Source: Octopus bimaculoides
Taxonomy: Eukaryota
Length of the DNA stretch: 50,251 nt
Assembly (NCBI RefSeq): GCF_001194135.2
Contig: NC_068982.1
Coordinates: 165,327,900 to 165,378,150, forward strand
Reading direction: 5' to 3'
Part shown: one piece after another, positions 38,555 to 50,251 of the stretch
Layout of the letters: every line of letters starts with the position of its first letter
Position numbering within the stretch: position 1 is the stretch's first letter
Notes under the pieces: generated by a model
The model's database searches: none
What the model was told of the DNA's origin: nothing
The model's input: the letters and a program-made list of their open reading frames with translations, nothing else
Program-made: the position numbers and the translations under genes

Positions 38555-39629
38555 CTGTAAATAAAAGCATTCAAAAAGAGGCTATGGATTGTTCACGGCC
38601 CTCTTAAATGTCCAGTGTTTTTATCAGTTATAAAAAAAATTTTCCTGATGGTGTATTGAAACGAAAGTGCCTAGTATTTGAATATGTATAATGTCACTTT
38701 CCTAACAAAAACTTAAATTTATACAAATATTGATTTATTTTGTCAATGCACAATGTAATTTTGAATAAAGTGATTATATGGTCGAAATAACTTTAAGCTA
38801 ATTTCCATGTTAGTTACCTATAATGGTAAGGATATCAAAGTCAGTAATTCTATGTTTAAAACTCAATACCGCTGGCTCTCTTGCTTATATCTGCTCCTAT
38901 ATTAATATTAGAATGTTAAAATACTTCGAGTGTTTTTTTCTTATAATTCCAAAGGATCAGAGTCTTATTCATCTATAGCTATATCTCTTCGACTGTTCAT
39001 ATACAATACATATAACTGATATGATATTTCAAAACTTGATAAACGCTTACAACCTAAAATGAAAGCTACAAGCTCACCGAATTCATTATACTTATACATA
39101 GGTATCATAAGTGGTATTTGCACCACAGCTTGCTTGTTATTTATTGAATTCCATTTGGCAATGATTAACAATACACGCCATATTCTCCCCATTTATAGAA
39201 ATGTGAGAGCACAAGTTATTGCGTCATTTAAAGAGTAAAAGTTCATTATATTAAATAAATTAACAAGAAAATATGTTTTTATCCCGTGTATGATGCCCCA
39301 GAATTCTTCATTAAGCATGTACTATTTATTAATTGCAATTAAAAATTTTTCAAATTTTAGAATAGTGTTAGAATAGTGTATATTATGTTTTATCTCAGAC
39401 ATATTCAAAAGTATATTGGTTAGATTATTCTAATAATATCTATATTATATTACACTAAGGATTAACAGTTATATTTCTATTAAGGAAAACGTTTACAAGA
39501 GAGTGCCTATCAAGTCACTTTAGTTGCTAGAAATCTCAGAACATTTTCTTTAAATTAAGCTTTACAATCTTAAATATTGGAATGTGGCTCGAAATATACA
39601 TAAAGACAGGCTACTCATGACTGGAATAC

Positions 39630-39683
39630 TTTTGAAAATATGCTTTCTGTATTAGATCGTTGCGGGTCATACAACAATAACTT
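39630..39683 (-). CDS. Candidate internal exon (SYCCMTRNDLIQKAYFQK), product unknown
   Basis: Acceptor CTCTCCACTTATTTTCAG, donor AA|GTATTC, 54 nt, open frame. Confidence 0.2.
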
Positions 39684-40374
39684 CTGAAAATAAGTGGAGA
39701 GTAATTTTAATCCTTCTGAATGCTTTTAAATATCTCTATAAATTCAATTTCATATTTAGATTTGTGCCTTAATTCATATATTTCGTTATGTATCCGCGTT
39801 TAAGACATACAAGATTTCAAATTAGAGGTAGCCAAGCATATATTTCAATCTATATATAGATTTGATGATAGGTGTTTATAATTATACTTTAAATGTATCC
39901 TATAATGTTGTTCCCTGGTCCTTTGTGCTTCTTAATCAATCAAATGCTAATAACAGGAATATTTTACTGTGCTTTATAATTTCTCATCAGCATGTTAATC
40001 TTGCAATAATAATTTATCTAAATCCAGTAGTTAATAAAGCTGAACAAGGCAGGAAGATTTTATGCAGAAATCTGCTTTGAGCTGATATGAGATATTCTAA
40101 GAATATAGGCATTTCATTTCGAAAGACCAATAGCATGGCGTTGGATATATTCATTACATAACAAATGCTGTTTAAGAGACAAATGGTATTTTATGCTGAC
40201 GATCTTCAATACGATATGTAATAGATGGTTATAGTAAATTATTCACGAGGACAAATATGATATTTCAGTTTGAGAAAGTGGATAGCTAGTTCTGAATGAT
40301 CTTATAATTCATCTAGCTATTTGCACACTGTTACTATCTTGGTAATATGCCCATAAAATGTTGTATCATTAATC

Positions 40375-40515
40375 ATCTGGTCTCTTACTCTGGGATTCCA
40401 CTATCCATTGGTCCTGTATATTTTGATTATAGTCTGCGGACCGATAGTAGAATGCTTGAGATTTCTCTGCATTGAACTGCATGTTATTTTCATCAGTCCA
40501 TTTGTATATTGCATA
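40375..40515 (-). mobile_element. Short CR1-like LINE fragment
   Basis: AIYKWTDENNMQFNAEKSQAFYY; corresponds to the region after the catalytic motif in 45629-46925. Confidence 0.7.
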
Positions 40516-41019
40516 TTGTATAAATATTATATATATATTGCATTATATAAACATATTATATATTTTTTACCAGTCCATATGTATATTGCATACATGTTAT
40601 ACATGTTTATGCGTAAAGAGAGGGAGGGAGAAGGAGAGGAACAAGAGAGAGAAATGAGACACCAAAGGTGTCTTGTTAGTAATAATCTTGGACGATTCAT
40701 CACCTCATTTTCGTCAAATCACAGGAAATTAGATTTCTGACGATTATTTGGATAATTGTGTTATTATTATGATGATGAAAGTTTTATGCTTCATAAATTG
40801 TCAGTTTAAGTATTCTCTCTTTTGAATGTATTAAGCACAGTGATCATAACTGATGATATGTTTGTTATAACTATAGATTGTTGACATTGTAGAATATGCC
40901 TTATGCACGTATTTAAATGGCTATAAAATAATTACGCGTTTACCCACAAACTCTCACGCATGTACACAGTCAACACACAGATACACAGCCATCTGTTTTT
41001 ATATATACGTGCGTGCGCC

Positions 41020-41068
<49 letters not shown>

Positions 41069-41741
41069 ATATATATCTATATATAATATATATGTGGCTG
41101 TGTGATAAAAGCACCAAATTGTTAATATTCTAAAATTTTGACCACCTCTTTTTTCTTGACACATAAAATCTGTACAAAATGAAACTGAAGCACAAGGAAC
41201 GACCGGATAATTCTCAAACAAGGCATAGATATATTTTTCCTCGTCAGTTGTCGTCCACAGAATCATTACAATTTCACGCCTTTAACGATATTCTGTACAT
41301 TTGGTGACGTCAATAGCAAATAGCGGCTAGGATACTGAGCAAACGTTGTTGACAGTGACGAAAACTAATATGAATGTGATACAGGTATAAATGTAAATAC
41401 CTAACCAATGTAAATTATACGTTATACAAAAAATATGGTCGTGGGGCTCTGGGACAAGACATGACGCGTTTAATTAATGCAATAGAAAATATTCTATAGG
41501 GCTAGAAAGATGAAGGATAGAACGAAAGATGAAAAAAAAATGATGTTGAAAAAAAAGGACTCGATGTTGGCTTTAGAGATCGCGTGAAGCCAGGAGAGGC
41601 ATGACAGGACAAGTCATTGGTCAATCGAAAAAGGTAAGTTAAAAATGGAATAGACGTGGGTAAAATGGTAGTGGAAGAGAAAACAAGTGGTGGAGGGTAG
41701 AGAGACAAAGAAGATCAGAGAGCTAAGATGGTGAGAGAGGA

Positions 41742-41785
<44 letters not shown>

Positions 41786-42399
41786 GAAGAGAAAAGAGAG
41801 AAGAAAGTGAAAAAGAAAGAGACGACGCACAAAATATTGCTGCTATATAGGACGAAAAAGATAATATATGCGAATGGTGTTACATTAAATGATAACTTTC
41901 AAAAATTAAACTGCAGTAGAACCAGGAGCGAATGGAAAATTCACATAAGACATAGACATGCACTTTTCACCTCAAGTGACAGATTCGTTAAAACATCGAA
42001 AAATATGCGTTGCCATCAGCCTCTTTAGATGTGTTGAAACTAAATGAAGTTCAATTTTGCCTTTCCTAATTTGGGAGTCGATAACATAATAAGCTAGTCA
42101 AGTATTAGCATCGATGTAATCGACTGAACTGCTCCACTCAGAATTACTGATCATGTGAGGAATAAAATTAGGGTTTATATAAATACAATAAGATAATTCA
42201 TAACACACACACACACAAAAAGACACGATATAATACTTATTTTCTCTAAAAAGTGTTGAAATTACTTTTCAGTGTCATTTTTAGTTTTCCTTCAGAGATC
42301 CTACCACAAATGAATCTACGTGAGATCAGTTCCTACGTATGGAGCATCGATTTAAGGGGTTGTAAGAAATCGACCATAATACATATTATTTTAAGTCTG

Positions 42400-42582
42400 G
42401 TACGTTATTCTGCTTTTGGTCAGATGTATGGCATGGTTCAGAGTCCTGATGCAAGACACCGAGGCTTCCAGCAGCTACTCTTTTGACCCAGGGCAGCACT
42501 GTCTCCTCCAGGCACTTGATATAGGCATCCGTGTTGTATCTGAGGCCGTGCGGGAAGATGAATGGAGGCATAACGTCGCCAC
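42400..42582 (-). mobile_element. maT/DD37D transposase fragment
   Basis: GDVMPPFIFPHGLRYNTDAYIKCLEETVLPWVKRVAAG...HQDSEPCHTS. Confidence 0.88.
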
Positions 42583-42599
42583 AGAGGTTTACAATATTA

Positions 42600-42995
42600 T
42601 CCACCAGAAAATCCTACTACTAAAACAAAACCTAAGAATGAAACAAGCATTCGAAATACACAAAATAATCAAAAGTAAAAGACAATCGAAGTTCCTCTAA
42701 AAATTCCTCCCGAGCGCTAAATTACCTTCCACAATTCCTACAACAGTCCAAAAAATGTGGCCGCCCCAATTGCGGGATGTGCATCAACCGTATTGAAGAC
42801 GTCAACATACAAATTCAAATGAAGACGGACTTTTACCGTAAAAAAATCACTTTACAAGATCTTCAAGGAAGTTAATATGCGCTATTAAATGTTAAGATGT
42901 AATGAAGATTACATAGGTAAAACAAAGCCCACTCTAATAAATAGACTGACCATTTACCAACAACAAATACGAGACACCAGTACCAGACATAGTAA
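42600..42995 (+). mobile_element. Penelope-like (Neptune-type) C-terminal GIY-YIG endonuclease fragment
   Basis: IIKSKRQ, KKCGRPNCGMC, CNEDYIGKTKPTLINRLTIYQQQIRD. Confidence 0.8.
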
Positions 42996-43079
42996 GGATT
43001 TCTTTCTAGAAATTTTATCACTATCCCATAGACTTTTCTGCATTATCCCATGATATTTCCTCGTTAGAGTTTTCTTGGC

Positions 43080-44720
43080 CATTTACATTAGACTCACTCG
43101 AATGGGAGTTGTCGCTGTCGCTAATTCCATGACCATTATTTTTTTCAGTACATTATTCAGTGGTTTCTTCATCTTGTCGCACCCACATTTCAATTTTATT
43201 TGCATCAAGTGATTGAAGAACAGTGTGTTTGGCTGGAAATCATGTAGTTTCAAGAATATTTTGTACTCCAGATTCATTCTCTGCTTCTTTCACTTCAGGA
43301 GCACTAGACGCTGGGTATAATTTTCCCCACGCCTCTGTTAATGTGCCTGCTCGAACCTGATTCCTTGCACTTGCGAGGGGAAACAATGACATCTTTGATG
43401 GTAAAATTGCGCTGGAAATCGCTTATACTAACGTTATTGTTTATCATATTCATCATGAAATTATTTCTGTAGAAACATTTTAAGTTCCAAATAATCCCTT
43501 GATCCATAGGTTGTATGGGAGATGTCACATTCGGTGGTAAGTAGCACGAAAAAAACATTCCCGCACGATGACATTAATTTTATCTCGTGAGGATGTGCTC
43601 TACAATTGTCTGATAGCAGCAGGCACTTTGAATCAGATTTACGTAATTCGTGAGACCGCTCTTGTACAGCTGGCGAAATTCTTGTATGAAACATTCTGTG
43701 AACAATTGATTCATCCATCCGTTATTTGAAGAATATCATACTGGTAAAGGTGAAACTCATTTCAATGCTCGGAGGCACTTAAATTATCGAATAAGAAGCT
43801 TAAGTTTGTGAGTTCCAGAAGCATTTGCACATACTATCACTATAAGTGTCTCTTTATTTAACTTGAATCCTTTTATTTTCGGCTCGCCTGATCCAGCTAA
43901 ACATTTTGTGGGTAAGCACTTCCAATTTATACCGGTTTCAGCAGCATTGTAAATAATACCTGGTGTTAAAGCATAGTCTTCAATTATTTTTTGGAATCTT
44001 TCGCAATAAGTTGACGCTCGGAACATATCAGCTGTACATTGTTCACCTAAAATTCTTAATTGCCGTATACCGTGTCTACTCTTAAAACTCCTAAGCCAGC
44101 CTTGGCTGAATTTCATACCCATTGTGATATTCAACTCTTTCTTAAAAGACTTTGCTTTAGCAATTAGCATTCGTCCCGATAGTGCTATACGTTCATTTCG
44201 CTTCGATAAAAAACCATTCATGTAATATTTAATGGAATTCAAACTTGCTTTGGTCCATGAAGGGTCCTTCTTTTGGTTCGTCTTTTTTTTATTCTCAGAG
44301 AGAGGAGCAGCGTTCAATATTTCCTCCCTGTTCTTTTTGATGTAGAACAGTGTGCTCCTTCCAATCTTTCAATATATCACTATTTGCAATTCCAGTATCT
44401 AATTTTTCTAGAATTTGACGTTTTTCGAGTAATGTTAGTGTAACCTGTTTTCTTTTAGAATAATATGCCATTATGATTACACTATTTTCAACACAATAAG
44501 GTAGTCTGAAAAGAAATAGAATATGCAGTCTTAGTTAATCTACATCAATTACACAATACCTAGCTTGGTATTTCAGTACAATACCTGACTAAGACTATTT
44601 CAAATTGCCTCACTGCAACTCTGCATTGAATATACAAATAAATTTGAGTTATGAAAAAGTCCAAGTTTAGAGACAGTTCAAGTTTAAAGGTCGTCCAAAT
44701 TAGAGATCTTCTGCATGTAT
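43080..44720 (-). mobile_element. Tigger/jerky-like pogo DNA transposon, near full-length pseudogene (CENP-B HTH + DDE)
   Basis: ATG at 44471, KRKQVTLTLLEKRQILEKLD, LSGRMLIAKAK, FSQGWLRSFKSRHGIR, IYNAAETGINWKCLP, VIVCANASGTHKLKLL, GWMN, LLLSDNCRAHP, PPNVTSPIQPMDQGII; frameshifts and stops; TIR-like end near 44719. Confidence 0.92.
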
Positions 44721-45119
44721 ATATGCATATATATCCACATAAATCTGAAACAAGGTGGAAGAAAATAGTATTCGAATATCGGAGGTAGAGTATTACGCTT
44801 CATATGTATATACATATGTGTGCGTATGTGTGTGAGTGTGAATAAATCTACATATATATGCATACGTATATAAATATGAATGTGTGAGCATATATATTAG
44901 ATTTATATATATGCATACATATATATTGATAAACATACATATGTGTGTGTATATGTATATGTATCAATAAAATTATTAATATTATTATTATTATTATTGT
45001 TAGATAATAAAACGAATGGCTTACATCTGTTATTTTATTTTTTGACCACGGTCACTTTATTAATAATAAAAATTCTCTTATGTTCCATCTTGCATCTTTC
45101 ATTTACTATATATATATAA

Positions 45120-45151
<32 letters not shown>

Positions 45152-45206
45152 NNNNNNNNNNNNNNNNNNNNNNNNNNNNNNNNNNNNNNNNNNNNNNNNN
45201 NNNNNN

Positions 45207-45608
45207 CTATTTTATTTGTTTCAGTCATTTGACTGCGGCCATGCTGGAGCACCGCCTTTAGTCGAGCAAATCGACCCCGGGACTTATTTTTTGTAAGCCT
45301 AGTACTTATTCTATCGGTCTCTTTTGCCGAACCGCTAAGTGATGGGGACATAAACACACCAGCATCGGTTGTCAAGCAATGCTAGGGAGACAAACACAGA
45401 CACACAAACACACACACATATACATACATACATACATATATATACATATATACGACGGGCTTCTTTCAGTTTCCGTCTACCAAATCCACTCACAAGGCTT
45501 TGGTCGGCTCGAGGCTATAGTAGAAGACACTTGCCCAAGGTGCCACGCAGTGGGACTGAACCCGGAACCATGCCGTTGTTAAGCAAGCTACTTACCCCAC
45601 AGCCACTC
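45207..45608 (-). mobile_element. Near-complete tRNA-derived SINE with an internal microsatellite
   Basis: A box GTGGCTGTGGGGTAAG (45591-45606), B box GGTTCAGTCCC (45552-45562), GGCACCTTGGGCAAGTGTCTT core, internal (TG)/(TATG)n, tail GGCGGTGCTCCAGCATGGCCGCAGTCAAATGACTGAAACAAATAAAA. Confidence 0.92.
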
Positions 45609-45628
45609 ATGTATGTATGTATGTATGT

Positions 45629-46925
45629 AAACTTTACAGAGGCCTTTGATAAGGTAGGTCGTTGTGTGATATATCACAAGCTGCGAGACCTTGGCACGGC
45701 TGGTAAACTGAGAGAGTGGCTGCATGACTTTCTTAATGACAGAAGTCAAGTAGTTGCAACCAATGGTGCCCTGTGTGAGGATACGTCAATTCTAAGTGGC
45801 GTGCCCCAGAGAACTCTCTTGGGACAATTGCCCTTTATAATAACCCTTTTAGATATGGCCATGGTCACTCAGAAGTCCACTCTCAGTCGCTAAGTTGATT
45901 ATACAGAATTTATACAGGCAATAAAAAATGCAGATGACGTCAGATGCCTACAGTGGGACCTGAATACAATATAATAGTGGGTTGAAGTAAACCACAGGCA
46001 GGTTAATACTGGGAAATCTCAAGTACTGTACTATCAACTCACAAATGCACTGCAGCCTGCATATAGAGGAAACGAAGGCACTGAAATTACATAGCCACGG
46101 GTAGTAAAAGACTTCGTGATCAGCATGTGCAATGATGTATCAGTTATAATGCACATTACCAAGACGGCAGCAAAGTGCACACTGGCTGGATAGATACTAA
46201 CGTCCTTCAAGACAAGAGAACAAGAAGTTATGCTGACCCTGTGAAGGACCATTGTTCTTAACCAGCTGGATTATTGCTCTCAGCTATGGTCACAACAGAG
46301 TGCCAAACTAACTGCTGAGCTTAAAACGGTCCAACGTCACTATATTAAATGGCTCGAAACAGTGCAGCAGATAAACTACAGGGTGAAGGTGATGAAACTA
46401 CGATTTTACTCCCTGGAACGAAGACGCGACAAATATGTAATAATCTACATATGGAAAGTTCTAGCAGGCAGGGCTAGTACTTACTTTCAGCGTTAAATGT
46501 TACACAAACGCCAGAACTTGATGCTACTGTATTGTACCAAAGTTACCATCCACGCCATCTAAATTCAAGTCCAGTTAGCGCAATGGTTTAGGTTTCAAAG
46601 GCCCACAGCTCTTCAATGCCCTGCACAAAAATTAAGATGTGGACGGAGATGTCTTCAAAACGGAATTATACATCCTCCACTTCACAATGCTGGATGAATA
46701 AACAGCCCGGCAGGAGGTACAGATGAGGGCAGTCGAATCAAACTTTGTCATACACCAAATGGGCCAACAAAAGAGACAACGACACGTACAAGAGTAGTGA
46801 TGTATAACCCACGCAACCCGAAGAAATCAGCCGAAGGATAATGATTAGTAACGGTGCAAAACCACGGTGGCGCCCCAGAATGAACGCCACCGCATGGCTG
46901 AAACAAATAAAAGAATAAAAGAATA
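45629..46925 (+). mobile_element. 5'-truncated CR1-like LINE (RT to 3' tail)
   Basis: FTEAFDKVG...HKLRDLGTAGKLREWLHDFLNDRSQVV...SGVPQRTLLGQL, decayed YADD (*VDYT), LDYCSQLWS, YSLERRRDKY; 3' tail ends ...GGCTGAAACAAATAAAAGAATAAAAGAATA. Confidence 0.9.
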
Positions 46926-47142
46926 TATATGTACAATACACACACACAACGCACGCACACACACACACACACACACACNNNNNNNNNNNNNNNNNNNNNN
47001 NNNNNNNNNNNNNNNNNNNNNNNNNNNNNNNNNTATATATATATATATATATATATATTAGATTTATAAATATATATATATGTATGTATATGGGTGTATG
47101 TATATTTATATATATACATATATTAGATTTATACAAACATAC

Positions 47143-47174
<32 letters not shown>

Positions 47175-47579
47175 TGAATAGGTCATAATATAAAGAGTAT
47201 TTAAAATGCATAGAAAAGATTTCTGTATAAAGGATGCGATAGCAATCGAAAGGATGTTAGGAAGTGATAAACGTAGAATAGGTAAGATAAACTGATTGTT
47301 TCATGAAACATAATAATGCCTTAATATAAAGATATAAAGAAACCAAGCAATATATAAGCAGAGAAAGAAAATATGACAAATATGAAGAAATATAGCTAAT
47401 TCTTTAGGCGTATTCCATCAAACGCGTATTAGATTGAATTTTACTACCTCTAAATTCGTAATTGACGAAAGCAGACAAAAGATTAAATTATAGCAAAGGA
47501 AAGCTACTCATTCTCATACTCACACATATGAAACACATTCGCTCCGACACACATGCATGCACGCAAATTATATCGAGTA

Positions 47580-47675
47580 TAGAAATCCGTGTGCGTGTGT
47601 GAGTGTGTGTGTGTGCGTGTGTGTGAGTGTGTGTGTGTGTGTGTGTGTGCGTGTGTGCGAGAGTGTGTGTATGTA

Positions 47676-47736
<61 letters not shown>

Positions 47737-47800
47737 ATATATACGTGTATATATATGTATATAGATAGATAGATAAAGAATGAGAGACAGACGGAGAGAG
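47580..47800. repeat. Compound (TG)n-(TA)n-(GATA)n-(GA)n microsatellite
   Basis: Visible. Confidence 0.95.
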
Positions 47801-48025
47801 AGAGGGAGAATAAGGGTGGGCCGGGCAACTACAGGAACCTAGAGAACGATAGAGTGTATAGAGAGATAAATACAAGAACTGAATATGCAAAACCTTATAA
47901 GACATAGACTGTCGATCGATAGATACCCGGTTTCCTATAGCACAACAGTTAACATAACACTAATATAAATGCTGCTGTATTTCTGCATAATGTATTTGTC
48001 TTTCGTGTAATAGTTTACCTATTAT

Positions 48026-48214
48026 AATTTAGGCACAAAGCCAACAATTACGAGGTGGATGTATTAAATGAAATCATCGACCTTGTTATGACTGGTACGT
48101 TATTTTATTGCACCGGAAGCATGAATTGCAAATTTGATCTCAGCGAGATTTGAAATGACAACGCAAAGATTTGGCATTTTGTCTGACCCTCTAACGATTC
48201 TGCCAACTCACCGC
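48026..48214 (-). mobile_element. tRNA-type SINE, same family as 18815-19020
   Basis: GCGGTGAGTTGGCAGAATCGTTAG...AAAATGC...AATAAAATAACGTACCAGT...GGCTTTGTGCC. Confidence 0.8.
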
Positions 48215-48678
48215 GTTTGTCTATCGTATAAATTTGCCGGAGAGCAATTGCGCTGAAAATGTCTCAGGCCACAATTTCTAATTATAAACTATTACGCATT
48301 GCTGCAAAAACTATGAGTAAGTACATGCTATATGTTTTTTTTTTTAAAGAAATAATGCTTGGTAGCTTATCCGAGGAAGGTAAATTTTTTTCTTCTTAAG
48401 AGAAATTTTTCATAGCTTACAAATGAGTACTTGCTGTGTAGATTTCTATGATGCGTAAAGTAATTGAACGTTTTTGACATATTTGTTGTAGCATCGATAT
48501 TGCCATATGTACTTATTTCTAAAAATGTGTCAGTGTTTAAAATGTTTCCCGTCAAAGAAAATATATCATACTAATTACAAATTTATTTTGTCTTAGCACT
48601 CCTTTGCAAATCGATTTATATCCTACAAATAGAATAACCTACATTAATAGCAATACCTACTAATACTGGAATTGTGGT

Positions 48679-48726
<48 letters not shown>

Positions 48727-50198
48727 TGTGTGTGTGTACCCACGTGAATGCTTTTGTGTGTACGTACACATGCATACATGCGTAAGAGCTTGTGTGTATA
48801 CAGTGAGTGATAGAGACTAAAAGAGAAAGAACACACACACACGAGGAGAGGGAGAGCGAAGGAAAGAGTATGAAATTGTATACGGTCAAATAGCCACACT
48901 AAAATAAGTTTTGGCAGTCTCATAGGAAGTGAATGAAAACCTAAAACAGGATTTGAAAAATAAATCTGCTGTATAATTTCGTAGCCAAAATAGCTTTGGA
49001 ACAAACTGGAACTGATCATAGACCTACATTTATGTATATATATAGAAATCTAGAAATATGAAACGTTACATATAATAAGCATACGGGAAAATGTTAATAA
49101 ATTTACTAGGATAGTGAATTCCCATATTGATATAAATTCTAGTGATGAAATTTATTCTTAGAAGTGTCTTTAAATTTATTTGCACAATGTAGCCTTTACA
49201 TAAATTCATTCGATAAATGAAACGCTATTTCGTCACAGATATTGTGATAAAGGTATAAAACTTTTAAAAATATAAGTACATCAGACACAAATCATACTGA
49301 AAACCAAAGAAATCACATATAAAATATATTATATATTGCAGGAGCACATCTTATGTTATTCCCAAATCCATTAAACAGAATACAATATATATTACACCTC
49401 TACTGTTAACTAGTATTAATAATATATTATTACAGGAACATGAAGAGATGGTAAGCTTTCAAGCCTTGAAGCCGGAGAATAAACTTCATATTACCAATGT
49501 AATTTACAACTAAATATGAAAACATGAAACAGTTAACCTCATAACCATAATTGTTACACTGGATATGCACAATGTCTTGCTGGCTGGTTATTCCTCAACA
49601 AGCTGATTATATAACTCACATCACACAGCATAACTTGATAGAAAAACATCAGTTAACAACCTACTAATTTTATTATATAGAATACCCACAAATCTCTAAA
49701 TATGTATCATGAAAACTATATTCATAGCAAAATATATGACAGATTTAAACATACATGTATAGCTTCTATAAACAAACTAATACAACACAAAAGAATGATT
49801 ATTTACTGATTAGCGAAATAATTTTTATTAGAATATTTACAGGATGGTGTTATAAAGAAGAAAAATAAAGGTTTTGCCATTGTTTCTACATGCAATCAAA
49901 TATGCACTTTATCTTGGAAATTTTGGGATATTTGTAAGGTTTGACATTTTGATATTTATTCATCCCAGCAAAACGCAAAGACGTCATAAAGAATTAATTT
50001 TAGAATGTTTTCTAAAACATAAAATTTAGAACACAGACATATATCCTTAAATACAAGTTGAAAGGAATCGATCCTTATTCACGGAAACATTTAAGTATGT
50101 ATATAGATATGCACACAGGAATGCAAATATGCACATGGACATGCTAGAAGCACAAGCGAACTTCAGCTACACTGTAACTCATCACTTATGTGCGATTG

Positions 50199-50199
<1 letters not shown>

Positions 50200-50251
<52 letters not shown>
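50200..50251. repeat. (TA)n microsatellite
   Basis: Visible. Confidence 0.97.

Noticed and set aside
2279-48889. Numerous ORFs rich in YIYI, CVCV, HTHT, SLSL, RERE or X
   Set aside because: Stop-free read-through of dinucleotide microsatellites and N gaps
36406-49450. In-frame microexon candidates at 36406-36417, 42296-42319, 48350-48379 and 49436-49450
   Set aside because: AG...GT(A/G)A pairs with pyrimidine tracts are expected several times per strand by chance in 50 kb of AT-rich DNA, and similar hits occur on the opposite strand; only RNA-seq could rescue them

Overview
AT-rich (about one-third GC by eye), microsatellite-dense animal genomic DNA with ten N gaps, most flanked by dinucleotide runs. 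The SINE sequences, repeat spectrum and gap pattern resemble an octopus/cephalopod short-read assembly (inference from recalled repeat sequences, not verified). I found no intact gene. Most ORF-track entries are microsatellite or gap read-throughs, and the rest that I can recognise are transposon fragments. Retroelements: a Penelope-like RT, two types of Penelope-like GIY-YIG endonuclease remnant, four restriction-like-endonuclease (R4/Dong-like) LINE 3' fragments, two RTE LINEs, a CR1-like LINE and several tRNA-type SINEs. DNA elements: maT/DD37D and mariner remnants, a mariner MITE, a near-full-length Tigger/jerky-like pogo and an ~860-bp foldback element with ~270-bp inverted arms. A few phase-compatible candidate host exons exist but cannot be separated from chance here. 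I did not find a convincing new biological system. The best leads are the foldback hairpin, a SINE/LINE pair sharing a 3' tail, RT-less GIY-YIG modules with Asn/Thr-rich leaders, microsatellite-associated RLE LINEs, seamless retroelement fusions and a templated inverted patchwork inside a mariner. All alignments and translations were done by eye, so boundaries and identities are approximate.
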